Part shown: piece after piece, positions 28,492 through 37,929 of the stretch | Layout of the letters: every line of letters starts with the position of its first letter | How positions within the stretch are numbered: the first letter of the stretch is position 1 | Assembly: GCA_902626645.1 (NCBI GenBank) | Contig: CACOGC010000006.1 | Coordinates: 18,744-82,743, forward strand | Length of the DNA stretch: 64,000 nucleotides | Direction of reading: 5' to 3' | DNA from: an uncultured Pelagibacteraceae bacterium | Lineage (GTDB): Bacteria; Pseudomonadota; Alphaproteobacteria; Pelagibacterales; Pelagibacteraceae | Notes under the pieces: model-generated | Database searches by the model: none | What the model was told of the DNA's origin: nothing | The model's input: the letters and a program-made list of their open reading frames with translations, nothing else | Position numbers and translations under genes: made by a program

Positions 28492-29573
28492 CTCAATTTT
28501 AAAGTAGCTAATCCTATCATTGCAAGAATTATAGAAATGATCCAAAACCTTATTACAACAGTCGACTCTGGCCAACCTTTTTTCTCAAAGTGATGGTGGA
28601 TAGGAGCCATCTTAAAAATTCTTTTTCCAGTGAGTTTAAATGAAATAACTTGAACCATTACAGATACCGCTTCCAATACAAAAAGGCCTCCGGTGATTGC
28701 TAAAACTATTTCATGTTTTGTTATTATTCCAATAGCTCCTAAAGACCCTCCTAAAGACAACGAGCCAGTATCACCCATAAAAATTTTAGCTGGAGGTGCG
28801 TTAAACCATAAAAATCCAAGACATGAACCTATTATAGCTCCACAAAATATTGCTACCTCTCCAGTTCCCTCTATGTAAGGAATTTGTAGATAATCTGAAA
28901 ATACAATATTACCAGTTACATAACTAATAAATGCAAAGCATGCTGCCACCAAAATTACTGGAACAGTTGCCAAACCATCTAAACCATCTGTCAAATTAAC
29001 AGCATTAGATGAACCAATAATTACAAATATTGCAAAAGGAATAAAAAACCAACCAAGATTAATGATTAAGTTTTTAAAAAATGGAAAATATAAATTAGTT
29101 ATATTTTGGTAATCTATAAAATTTACATAAATAACAACACCAATAATTGATAATACAATTTGTAAAATTATTTTAAATTTAGATGAAATTCCTGAAGAGT
29201 TGCTATATTTAATCTTTTTATAATCATCAAATGCTCCTAAAAATCCAAATGAAACAGCAACGTACACACAAAACAAAATATTAATATTTGATAAGTCTGC
29301 CCACAAAATTACTGATGTAAGCAAACCTAATAGAATAATTAATCCACCCATTGTTGGTGTACCAATTTTTTTAATTATATGGTCTTCAGGTCCGTCATCT
29401 CTTATAGGATTTAAAATTTTTTGATTTGAGAAAAATTTTATAAACGGTCCTCCAATTATTAAAACTATTATGAGTGATGTGAAAACAGATAAACCAGTTC
29501 TGAAAGTTAAGTATTTAAAAACATTCAAAAATCCGAACGTATCTACATAGTTTAATAAAAATTGATAAAGCAT
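28488..29573 (-). CDS. mraY: Phospho-N-acetylmuramoyl-pentapeptide transferase
   Basis: 'K.GTPTMGG', 'NAVNLTDGLDGLA', 'F.GD.GS..LGG' and 'APIHHHFE..GW'. Confidence 0.95.
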   Translation of the reverse strand: MLYQFLLNYVDTFGFLNVFKYLTFRTGLSVFTSLIIVLIIGGPFIKFFSNQKILNPIRDDGPEDHIIKKIGTPTMGGLIILLGLLTSVILWADLSNINILFCVYVAVSFGFLGAFDDYKKIKYSNSSGISSKFKIILQIVLSIIGVVIYVNFIDYQNITNLYFPFFKNLIINLGWFFIPFAIFVIIGSSNAVNLTDGLDGLATVPVILVAACFAFISYVTGNIVFSDYLQIPYIEGTGEVAIFCGAIIGSCLGFLWFNAPPAKIFMGDTGSLSLGGSLGAIGIITKHEIVLAITGGLFVLEAVSVMVQVISFKLTGKRIFKMAPIHHHFEKKGWPESTVVIRFWIISIILAMIGLATLKLR

Positions 29574-32417
29574 CTACTTAATTCCTTTTAAATCATTTAT
29601 CATCTTATTAAAACCTGTCGCATTTGAGGCTTTAACCATTAAATAATCGTTATTATTCAAATCATTTTTAATAAATTTAATTATTTGAGAGTTGGTTCTA
29701 AAAACTTTACCTCTTTTTGATTTTACAATCTTTTTGAATATTGGACTTATATAGTTTCCCTTTAAGAAAATTTTATCAATTTTTGTTTTATTAATTATTG
29801 GAACAATTGACTGGTGAAGTTTTTTGGAATGAATTCCAAGTTCTAACATATCACCAAGTAAGAGATACTTTTTGAATTTTTTGCTCTTTACTTTATCATA
29901 ATTTAATATAGCAGATTTAAGGGATAAAGGATTTGAATTATAACTTTCATCTATTAGGTTTATATTTTTTTTATTTATTTTTATTCTTGATAAATCTCCT
30001 CTTCCTTGGGGGGTTGTAAAATTAAAAAAAACTTTTTTATCTAATTTTGTAATATCAATATTAATACTCATTACCGCTAAAGCAGCTAAAATATTATAAA
30101 TATTATTTTGAAAATTATTAGAAATCAAAAAACTTTTGTTAAAATCTTTAGCTTTGATATTTATTTTAAAATTATTATTAATTTTAATAATATTAATTAA
30201 CTTCACATCAGATTTATGATTTTTGATCCCAAATGAAATTGTATTAATATTGTTTTTGGTAGCTATTTTTTGATGTAATCTAAAAAAATTATCATCTGCA
30301 TTTAAAATCACAAAACCATTTGGTTTTGTATTTGAAATTATTTCAGATTTTGCAAGTGCAATATCTTTTATATTCTTAAAATTTTTAGCATGAGCGTAAT
30401 TTATATTAGTTATAACGCTTATGTCTGGTTTGATAATTTTTGATAAATAATCAATTTCCCCTTTTTTATCCATGCCGACTTCCAAAACTCCATAATTGTC
30501 GTTCTTACTCAAATTGAAAAGGCTTAATGGAACCCCATATTTGTTATTAAAAGATTTTGGGGAAATAGTTGTTTTAGAAATTTTTTTTAAAGTTTTACCT
30601 AATAATTCCTTAAGTGTAGTTTTTCCACAGCTCCCTGTTATTGCAATTATCTTTGCATCAATATTCTCTCTGAAAATAGTTGATGTTTCGGTCAAAAATT
30701 TCAATGAATCTATTACTTTTATTTGTTTTTTATAATCTAATTTTTTTTTGATTTTATTTACAACTACTATGGAAGCTTTTTTCTTCAGAGCTTCTTCTAC
30801 AAAATTATTTCCATCATTTTTCCTGCCTCGTATAGCAAAAAAAATATCATTTTTTTTAACTTCTTTTGAATTAATTCTAGCTTGTCCTAGAGTTAAATTT
30901 GTATTTAATCTTTTATTACCAGATGACTCTTTAATAAGATTTAATTTCAAATTATTTGATAAATACAAATTTTTTAATTTAATTGCGTTTAAAATTATTT
31001 TTTTATCTGAAAAATAAATTTTACGATTACCAATTTCTTGAATTTTTTCATGACCCTTGCCAGCAACTAATAAGATATTGCCTGTAGTTAAATTTTTCAC
31101 CGCTTCAGAAATCGCCTTTGCTCTATCAGAAATTTCTGATAATTTTTTACTATTTATCCCTCTTTTAATATCTTTTCTAATTTTATTAGGATTTTCCAGT
31201 CTAGGATTATCATCTGTCAAATATATTTGATCAGCATATAATGAAGCTATTTTACCCATTTTTGATCTTTTATTTTGATCTCTATTTCCACCACAACCAA
31301 ACAAAAGAACAATTTTTTTATTAGGAAATTGCTCTCTTATTGAAAGAAGAGATATTTTTAATGCATCTGGTGTGTGTGCGTAATCCAAGATAACTTTAGA
31401 TTTATTTTTAATATTGCCAATTTTTTCTAATCTTCCCTCAACAGATCTTATTTTTGGAATAGCTCCCAAAATTTTATTTAAACTTAGATTACTTTTTTGA
31501 GCAGCTATAATTGCCATCATAATGTTCTTGAGTTGTATTTTACCTATTAGATTGAGCTTTATATTTTTGATTAAGTTTTTATATTTGATTATTAAAATTT
31601 GTTTCTCACCTGCAAAATAATGAGATAAAATTTTAAAATGATTTTTTGGATTATTAATAGAATAAATCTTTAAATTTCTTTTTAATGCAATTTTTTTAAT
31701 GTTTCTAAATTCAGGTATTTTTTCATCAGTGATTACATTGCCTTTAATAGATAGAAGTTTCTCAAAAAGATAAAGTTTTGCGATTAAATAATCTTTTAAA
31801 TTTTTGTGATAATCTAAATGATCTTGAGATAAATTTGTAAATATTCCTGAATTAAATTTTAAACCATCTAACCTATTTTGACTTAAACCATGACTTGAAG
31901 CTTCCAATATTACATCATCTACTTTCTGATTTTTAAGATAATTTAATATCTTCCCCAATTGAATTGGGTCGATGGTTGTATTGGATAAATTGATATATTT
32001 GTTGTTTGATTTAACACCCAAAGTTCCAATTGATGCAACTTTTCTTTTATTAAATTTTAATATTTGATAATAAAAATCAGCTACGGAAGACTTTCCATTA
32101 GTTCCTGTAATTGCTATTAGATTTGTTGGTTTTTTTTTATAAATTTTAAATGAAACTTCAGCTAATAATTTCCTCACATTTTTTGAACGAATAATTAATA
32201 CTCCATTAGGAGATCTTGTTATTTTTTTTTCAGTTACTATAACTTTTGAGCCTTTGTTTATTGCATCTAATATAAAATTATTTCCATCAATATTTGTGCC
32301 TTTAATCGCAAAAAAGACATTATCTTTTTTTACTTTTGAACTCTCAAAACAGATGTCAGAAAAAAAAGTCTTTTCAAATTTTTTTCCAATATTTGGGAAA
32401 TAATCTTTAAGTAACAT
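29574..32417 (-). CDS. murE-murF: Fused MurE-MurF: UDP-MurNAc-tripeptide synthetase (meso-DAP type) joined in frame to UDP-MurNAc-pentapeptide synthetase
   Basis: A single 947-aa ORF. Residues ~1-485 are MurE ('ITGTNGKSS', 'DYAHTPDAL', the DAP-specific 'DDNPR', 'GKGHE'). Residues ~490-947 are MurF ('DIFFAIRG...DGN.F', 'ITGSCGKTT', 'DESYNSNP'). No stop codon and no ATG lie at the junction near 30950. Confidence 0.85.
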   Translation of the reverse strand: MLLKDYFPNIGKKFEKTFFSDICFESSKVKKDNVFFAIKGTNIDGNNFILDAINKGSKVIVTEKKITRSPNGVLIIRSKNVRKLLAEVSFKIYKKKPTNLIAITGTNGKSSVADFYYQILKFNKRKVASIGTLGVKSNNKYINLSNTTIDPIQLGKILNYLKNQKVDDVILEASSHGLSQNRLDGLKFNSGIFTNLSQDHLDYHKNLKDYLIAKLYLFEKLLSIKGNVITDEKIPEFRNIKKIALKRNLKIYSINNPKNHFKILSHYFAGEKQILIIKYKNLIKNIKLNLIGKIQLKNIMMAIIAAQKSNLSLNKILGAIPKIRSVEGRLEKIGNIKNKSKVILDYAHTPDALKISLLSIREQFPNKKIVLLFGCGGNRDQNKRSKMGKIASLYADQIYLTDDNPRLENPNKIRKDIKRGINSKKLSEISDRAKAISEAVKNLTTGNILLVAGKGHEKIQEIGNRKIYFSDKKIILNAIKLKNLYLSNNLKLNLIKESSGNKRLNTNLTLGQARINSKEVKKNDIFFAIRGRKNDGNNFVEEALKKKASIVVVNKIKKKLDYKKQIKVIDSLKFLTETSTIFRENIDAKIIAITGSCGKTTLKELLGKTLKKISKTTISPKSFNNKYGVPLSLFNLSKNDNYGVLEVGMDKKGEIDYLSKIIKPDISVITNINYAHAKNFKNIKDIALAKSEIISNTKPNGFVILNADDNFFRLHQKIATKNNINTISFGIKNHKSDVKLINIIKINNNFKINIKAKDFNKSFLISNNFQNNIYNILAALAVMSINIDITKLDKKVFFNFTTPQGRGDLSRIKINKKNINLIDESYNSNPLSLKSAILNYDKVKSKKFKKYLLLGDMLELGIHSKKLHQSIVPIINKTKIDKIFLKGNYISPIFKKIVKSKRGKVFRTNSQIIKFIKNDLNNNDYLMVKASNATGFNKMINDLKGIK

Positions 32418-34109
32418 TTAGAAATTAAATTCACTATATTTTGTGGCTAAAATAGGCCCAATTTTTTCAACAATTTGACCCGTAGCTTCAACTGTTGTCC
32501 ATCCTGCAGTATTAAAAGGTGTCCCTTTATACTTTATGTTTGATCCATCTCTATAATGATAAATATAGTTTTCATTTATTTTTGGTTCATCCAACATAAC
32601 AGCTAAAACAAATTTTGGTTTAGATGTTGGAAATACTGACACAAAAGAATTAATCTTCTTATTTGAATACTCTCCATCTGCACTTTTTTCGGCTGTTCCT
32701 GTTTTGCCACCAATTTCATATCCATTTACATTTGCTAGTGATGCGGTCCCATCTTTTGTTGAAACAATTTTTCTCAAGATTGGTAAAATTTCTCTTGATA
32801 AGTCTTGACTTAAAATTTTTTCTTTTTTTTCATTGTAGTTATTTTTGACCAACTTTGGTTTTATTTGATAACCCCCATTAACAACAATAGAATAAGCTTT
32901 TGCTAATTGAAGTAATGTAGTTGTAATGCCATGACCAAATGATGCTGTAGCAAGTGGACATTTTCCCCAATTGAATTGTATTGGTTTTCCTACTTCCTCA
33001 ATATCAAAGTCAATTTTTTCTAAAATACCAATCTTTGATAAAAATGACTTAAATTTTTCTTCGCCTACTTGCTGAACAATTCTTACTGAGCCTATATTAC
33101 CAGAACGAACTAATATTTGCTCAGCAGTAAGATTAGATGGGATTTTTTTGTCGTATTCTCTAATCGGAAATCCTGCACACATAAGGGATCTTGGCAAATC
33201 AAAATATTCTGTTTCAGCAGTAATAATTTTTTCATCAAGAGCAGCAGCTAATGTGAAAGTTTTAAATACAGACCCAAATTCATAGACACCTTTAGTGACT
33301 CTATTAATATAATTTGTATCTGAGATTTTCTCTCTCTGATTTGGATCAAAATCAGGAAGAGAAACTAAAGATAGTATTTCACCATTATTTACATCCATCA
33401 AAATTGCTGCACTTCCAATGGTATTAAAAATTTTGTTGAATTTAATTAACTCTTCTCTGATTAAAAATTGTAAGTCTTTATCTACTGTTAATTGAATAGG
33501 TTCTTTACTATTTCTTAAAATTTTGTCTAATGATTTTTCCAAACCTGAGACTCCATTATTATCATTATCAATTTGACCAAGAATATGACTAAATAAGTTT
33601 TTTTCAGGATAAATTCTTGTTAATTTTTCCTCAGGTTGAATTGATTTGTCACCTAGTTTCATTACCTTTTCATAATTTTCTTCAGATATTTTTTTTTCTA
33701 AGTAAAAAAATTTTTTATTTTTCAATTGATTTTGAATATTGACAAAATCTTTATTAGGAAAAATATATTTTAGATTTATTAATAACTTTTTTTTATCAAT
33801 AACTTTTCTAGTGCTTATGCCAATATCAATTGAGCTTACTGTCTTACTTAGGTATTTTCCATTTCTATCAATTATGTCTGCTCTATAAAGTTTATTGGAA
33901 GTGCTAGTCAAATTTTCATTTATTACTTTTTTGTAATCTCTAGAGCCAAGATGTACTAAGTGTATAGAAAAAATTATAAAAATTATAAAATAGATAAAAA
34001 AAATAAATGAAACCCTATTAAATGAAATATTAATATTAGACTTATTTTTTTTAAAAGAAAAATCACTACGATTATCCTCTAAAATAATTTGTGAATTTTT
34101 ATTACTCAT
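32418..34109 (-). CDS. ftsI: Division-specific transpeptidase FtsI (PBP3, class B PBP)
   Basis: N-terminal TM segment, then SxxK 'GSVFKTF', SxN 'RSGNIG' and KTG 'GGKTGTA'. Position between ftsL and murE. Confidence 0.85.
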   Translation of the reverse strand: MSNKNSQIILEDNRSDFSFKKNKSNINISFNRVSFIFFIYFIIFIIFSIHLVHLGSRDYKKVINENLTSTSNKLYRADIIDRNGKYLSKTVSSIDIGISTRKVIDKKKLLINLKYIFPNKDFVNIQNQLKNKKFFYLEKKISEENYEKVMKLGDKSIQPEEKLTRIYPEKNLFSHILGQIDNDNNGVSGLEKSLDKILRNSKEPIQLTVDKDLQFLIREELIKFNKIFNTIGSAAILMDVNNGEILSLVSLPDFDPNQREKISDTNYINRVTKGVYEFGSVFKTFTLAAALDEKIITAETEYFDLPRSLMCAGFPIREYDKKIPSNLTAEQILVRSGNIGSVRIVQQVGEEKFKSFLSKIGILEKIDFDIEEVGKPIQFNWGKCPLATASFGHGITTTLLQLAKAYSIVVNGGYQIKPKLVKNNYNEKKEKILSQDLSREILPILRKIVSTKDGTASLANVNGYEIGGKTGTAEKSADGEYSNKKINSFVSVFPTSKPKFVLAVMLDEPKINENYIYHYRDGSNIKYKGTPFNTAGWTTVEATGQIVEKIGPILATKYSEFNF

Positions 34110-34410
34110 TTTTATTAAAACTTAATTGACCTATTTCGATTTCATTATTTTTTCTAGTAATTGTTTGAATTTCCTGGATGTCAAATTTTATTAACTCATT
34201 GTCAAAGTACAGGTTTTGAAGCTGAAGTAATTTTTCAGTAGAACTCAAATAATCAAATTCCAATCTAGTATTTTCAAAATTTTTTTTTAAATCTCTGATG
34301 TTTTCTTTTAAGACAAATATTTCATCATCAATCCTTTTTGTTGAATTTTTAACTATTGCCGTTGAGAAAATTAAAGAAAATACAAAGAGTGTAACAAAAA
34401 TTTTTTTCAT
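34102..34410 (-). CDS. ftsL: Small bitopic division protein, FtsL-like
   Basis: 102 aa with one N-terminal TM segment followed by a coiled-coil-like region. Canonical slot between rsmH and ftsI, with 4-nt and 8-nt overlaps. Assignment rests mainly on position and architecture. Confidence 0.5.
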   Translation of the reverse strand: MKKIFVTLFVFSLIFSTAIVKNSTKRIDDEIFVLKENIRDLKKNFENTRLEFDYLSSTEKLLQLQNLYFDNELIKFDIQEIQTITRKNNEIEIGQLSFNKNE

Positions 34411-35417
34411 AATTTTTCACCAAAATTCTCAATATCTAAAAGTGTTTTAAATTTTTTAACTATATCTGTCTCAAAATTATAAAAATCATTTTTCTTTATT
34501 ACGTATCTGAGTTTTGCTGATCTTGATGGAGTATTTTCTCTTAATTCTTTAGCTGATGGTGTAATTGGTTTTTTCTCAACCATCCTAAATAATGTTTCAG
34601 GTTGATTTATATTTGGCATATACCGGGATATACTTTTTTTTTCAGATAAACTTTTAAAAAAATATTTTACAATTTTATCCTCCAACGAATGGAAAGTTAC
34701 AACTGCCAATATGCCATTTTTTTTTAATACTTTTGTTGCTGCAATTAAACCATATATCAATTCACTCATTTCTTTATTGACAAAAATTCTTAGAGCTTGA
34801 AAAGTTTTTGTGGAGTTGTTTGTCTTAAAACTTTTTCTTTTTTTTGATTTTTCCACCAATTCGACTAATTTCTTTGTATCAATTTTTTTTGTCTTTCTTT
34901 CTTTAACAATATTAAAAGCAATTCTTTTGGCTTCTAATTCTTCACCAAAAAATTTAAAAATTTTCTCTAATTCATGAACATCCAGATTATTTATTGCGTC
35001 ACTTGCAGAAAAATTATTTAAACCCATTTGCATATTTAGATTTCCAACAGAATTAAATGATAAACCTTTTTTTGGATCTTTGATTTGAGTAAAAGAATAA
35101 CCTAAATCAAAAAGTATTCCTCTAATTTTTTCATCTTTAAGTTTGAGGTTGTCTAATTGACTAAACTTTTTATGTTTGAAAATAAATCTGTTTGGGAACT
35201 TTTCAGAAATTTTATCCGCGATTTTTTTACTTTCTATATCTCTATCAATTGCAATTACCTGCGTATTTTCGTAACTTAAAATTTTTTTTGTGTAACCACC
35301 TTGACCAAAAGTACAATCAATAAATGTGCCACCATGTTGAGGGGTAATAATGCTAGTTATTTCATTTAGCAATACCGGATAATGTTTTGGAGCATCCGAT
35401 ACCATGGTGGCTTCCAT
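34407..35417 (-). CDS. rsmH: 16S rRNA (cytosine1402-N4)-methyltransferase
   Basis: 'HYPVLLNE', the SAM motif '[15 protein letters not shown]', 'DLG.S..Q...P.KG.SF' and 'FHSLEDK.VK'. The start could also be Met-5 (35405). Confidence 0.9.
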   Translation of the reverse strand: MEATMVSDAPKHYPVLLNEITSIITPQHGGTFIDCTFGQGGYTKKILSYENTQVIAIDRDIESKKIADKISEKFPNRFIFKHKKFSQLDNLKLKDEKIRGILFDLGYSFTQIKDPKKGLSFNSVGNLNMQMGLNNFSASDAINNLDVHELEKIFKFFGEELEAKRIAFNIVKERKTKKIDTKKLVELVEKSKKRKSFKTNNSTKTFQALRIFVNKEMSELIYGLIAATKVLKKNGILAVVTFHSLEDKIVKYFFKSLSEKKSISRYMPNINQPETLFRMVEKKPITPSAKELRENTPSRSAKLRYVIKKNDFYNFETDIVKKFKTLLDIENFGEKL

Positions 35418-35435
35418 TTATTTTTTCGAAGACCA

Positions 35436-36896
35436 TTAATTTTTTTGTCTTCGTAAAAATGCAGGTATTTCTAAATCATCCTCTTCTTGATCTTCATCTG
35501 ATGATCCAAGCAAATCTTCAGATGTTGAAACTTTATTTTCTGTATTAAATAGATCTGGTTCATCTGTATCCACACCAAATTCCTTTAAATCGTTTAAAGA
35601 TTCTTCAGTATTAGATGAGCTAAGTACCTCATGTGAAAAAGAAGTGTCATTGTCCTCTGAAATATTTTCTACAATATTTTCAGCTTCTTGATTTTTTAAC
35701 AATTCTTCATGATACTGATTGTTAACATCATCAACTGACTGACTCTGAATACTCTCAGATACTATCTCATTTTCTAGCTTAAGTGCAGTTGCACCATCTG
35801 AAATAGGGTTTGAGTTTGTATTCTGGAAATTAAAAGAAGTTGTCCCAGCAGTTGTTCCAAAATCAGAATAGCCAGGATTTCGATTTTGAATACGATGAAC
35901 CATATTAATAACTGATTTTGTTTCTGGTTGTTGACCATCTAAAGATGTAGCTACAATCGAAACTCTCATTTTTCCATCAAGTTCTGGATCTGTGATAGCG
36001 CCAATAATTAATTCAGCTTCAGGATCTACTTCTGCTCTAACTTTATTTACAGCTTCATCAACTTCAAATAATTTCAAATCTTTTCCACCAGTAATATTAA
36101 CCAACAATCCTTTTGCTCCTTTTAATGTATAGTCATCAATTAAAGGATTACTAATGGCCATCTCTGCAGCTTTCATTGATCTACCTTCTCCTTCAGCTTC
36201 ACCTGTTCCCATCATTGCTTTGCCCATTGAAGCCATGACAGACTCAACATCAGCAAAATCAAGATTGATCAATCCTGGTCTTACCATTAAGTCAGTGATA
36301 CTCTGAACACCATGCATTAATACGTTATTTGAAAGATTGAATGATTCTTCAAATGTAGTTTGCTCATTAGCTATCTTAAACAAATTTTGATTTGGAATAA
36401 CTATAATTGTATCAACATGTCTTCTTAGTTCCTCCAAACCTTGTTGAGCTCTTCTCATTCTTGAAGGACCTTCATATAAGAATGGTAATGTAACAACTCC
36501 AACTGTTAAGATATTCAATTCCTTGGCAGCTCTTGCAATAACATGTGCAGCACCTGTACCTGTTCCACCACCCATACCAGCAGCTATGAAAACCATATTC
36601 GCACCTTGTAGAATATTCACTATATCATTTAAAGACTCATCAGCAGCAGCTTGACCTATATCAAGTTTTGCACCTGCTCCTAAGCCTTTAGTCAAATTTA
36701 AACCAATTTGAATTTTAGATTTTGCTTTACTATGTTTTAAATCTTGAGCGTCAGTATTTACTGCAATAAATTCGACACCTTGCATTCCATTATCAATCAT
36801 TTCATTTATGGCATTTCCACCTGCTCCACCTATTCCCATGACTAATAGCCTTGGTTGAAGTTCTTTTATTTCTGGTACCTTAAAATTAATTGTCAT
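35436..36896 (-). CDS. ftsZ: Cell division GTPase FtsZ
   Basis: Tubulin signature 'GGGTGTGAA', 'NTDAQDL', 'VIPNQNL', a long acidic linker and the conserved C-terminal peptide '[11 protein letters not shown]'. A strong SD (GGGGGA) precedes the start, which lies 14 nt after the mraZ stop. Confidence 0.97.
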   Translation of the reverse strand: MTINFKVPEIKELQPRLLVMGIGGAGGNAINEMIDNGMQGVEFIAVNTDAQDLKHSKAKSKIQIGLNLTKGLGAGAKLDIGQAAADESLNDIVNILQGANMVFIAAGMGGGTGTGAAHVIARAAKELNILTVGVVTLPFLYEGPSRMRRAQQGLEELRRHVDTIIVIPNQNLFKIANEQTTFEESFNLSNNVLMHGVQSITDLMVRPGLINLDFADVESVMASMGKAMMGTGEAEGEGRSMKAAEMAISNPLIDDYTLKGAKGLLVNITGGKDLKLFEVDEAVNKVRAEVDPEAELIIGAITDPELDGKMRVSIVATSLDGQQPETKSVINMVHRIQNRNPGYSDFGTTAGTTSFNFQNTNSNPISDGATALKLENEIVSESIQSQSVDDVNNQYHEELLKNQEAENIVENISEDNDTSFSHEVLSSSNTEESLNDLKEFGVDTDEPDLFNTENKVSTSEDLLGSSDEDQEEDDLEIPAFLRRQKN

Positions 36897-36910
36897 TATG
36901 TTATCCCCCG

Positions 36911-37366
36911 TTATTTATTTAGTTGATACTCCCATTTAAGGCTGGCTCGATTTAAATTTGCTTTTTTTCTTGCATTGACCTTAAATTTTTCAAATATTGT
37001 TGGTTCCCATATTTGGAATGTTTTACCCTGACCAACAAAGACCATGCTATTTTTAATTTTTGCATGTTTTAATAATTTTGAAGTAAGTGAAATTCTTCCT
37101 TCGCTATCAAATTGTAAATTTGTGCTTTCTGATAAAATTGATGTTGCAAAAAAATCTCTTTTTTCCTCAAAAGGATTTAAAGAGTCTATAGAATTTGAAA
37201 TTTTTTCTATTCTGTCTTGAGGCCATGCTTCTATTGATTGATTATTAAATGATGGATAACAGATTACACCATTATAACCTAAGTTAGACAAATATGATCT
37301 ATAGATTGCAGGCACTGACACCCTCCCTTTTTTGTCCAATTTGTTTTCGTAGGTCGATAAAAACAT
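36911..37366 (-). CDS. mraZ: Transcriptional regulator MraZ
   Basis: 151 aa with two SpoVT/AbrB-like halves, each carrying the DxxxR motif ('[10 protein letters not shown]', 'FDSEGRISL'). First gene of the dcw cluster. Confidence 0.9.
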   Translation of the reverse strand: MFLSTYENKLDKKGRVSVPAIYRSYLSNLGYNGVICYPSFNNQSIEAWPQDRIEKISNSIDSLNPFEEKRDFFATSILSESTNLQFDSEGRISLTSKLLKHAKIKNSMVFVGQGKTFQIWEPTIFEKFKVNARKKANLNRASLKWEYQLNK

Positions 37367-37395
37367 AAACCATAAAGTCCTATAAATTCCTTATT

Positions 37396-37420
37396 TGGGA
37401 ATTTATGGGATATTATGGGT
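37396..37420. promoter_or_regulatory. Three TGGGN direct repeats at exact 10-bp spacing (candidate MraZ operator)
   Basis: TGGGA at 37396-37400, TGGGA at 37406-37410 and TGGGT at 37416-37420, 30-54 nt upstream of the mraZ ATG. They interdigitate with the -10 element of the candidate Pmra promoter. Confidence 0.55.
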
Positions 37421-37438
37421 TTTTTTAAAACGAGTCAA
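37410..37438 (-). promoter_or_regulatory. Candidate Pmra promoter (-35 TTGACT, 17-nt spacer, -10 TAATAT)
   Basis: The minus strand reads TTGACT (37438..37433), a 17-nt spacer, then TAATAT (37415..37410). This is a near-consensus sigma70 architecture about 44 nt upstream of the mraZ start. Confidence 0.5.
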
Positions 37439-37523
37439 CAAATACTATTTATAATTGAAGTAAGCCAATTGTGAATGATAGTGAATCAAAACGTGAACAT
37501 TTAGGAGATGTTTAATTTCGATT

Positions 37524-37885
37524 AAAAGCCAGATGAACTATAAGCCGGGTTCTGTCGTTTAAACTTACCATTTGTCTAGGCTCAAGATCACTCTTAAGCT
37601 CAAGCAACTAACCCTGATGACGAGCCAAAGATAGCTTTTAGTTTTTCAACAATGTCATCTCTACTTAGTCTTGCTCTCAGTGGGGTTTTCCAGCGTTCAT
37701 TGTTACCAATAGAACCGGTGTGCTCTTACCACACCTTTTCACCCTTGCCTTGTTAAGGCGGTATATTTTCTGTGGCACTATCCCTAGGGTTGCCCCTGCC
37801 AGGTATTACCTGGCACTGCATCTTTGTAGAGTCCGGACTTTCCTCTTTAAAATTTTAAAGCGATAAGTCGTTCATCTGGCTCTTT
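37524..37885 (-). ncRNA. rnpB: RNase P RNA, bacterial type A
   Basis: The minus strand contains the universally conserved P4 strands 'GAGGAAAGTCCGGACTC' and 'ACAGAACCCGGCTTAT'. It also has 'GTGCCAGGTAATACCTGGC' and 'AAGGGTGAAAAGGTGTGGTAAGAGCACACC'. P1 pairs AGCCAGATGAAC (5') with GTTCATCTGGCT (3'). The ends are approximate (+/- 5 nt). Confidence 0.92.
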
Positions 37886-37886
37886 C

Positions 37887-37914
37887 AATTTATTGCTAAA
37901 ATTTGATATTTCAA
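37887..37914 (-). promoter_or_regulatory. Candidate rnpB promoter (-35 TTGAAA, 16-nt spacer, -10 TAAATT)
   Basis: Hexamers on the minus strand at 37914..37909 and 37892..37887, placing the transcription start a few nt before the P1 helix. AT-rich context. Confidence 0.35.
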
Positions 37915-37929
37915 GCTAAATTTTTCTTG

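Noticed and set aside
28492-28575. Long upstream extensions of murD (88-nt overlap with mraY), murB (23642-23671), ygfZ (6593-6655), nadA (7675-7689) and the aminotransferase (54075-54128).
   Set aside because: The extensions have no homology to the respective families. Internal ATGs coincide with the start of conserved sequence and give the classic ATGA/TAATG coupling or sensible spacers.
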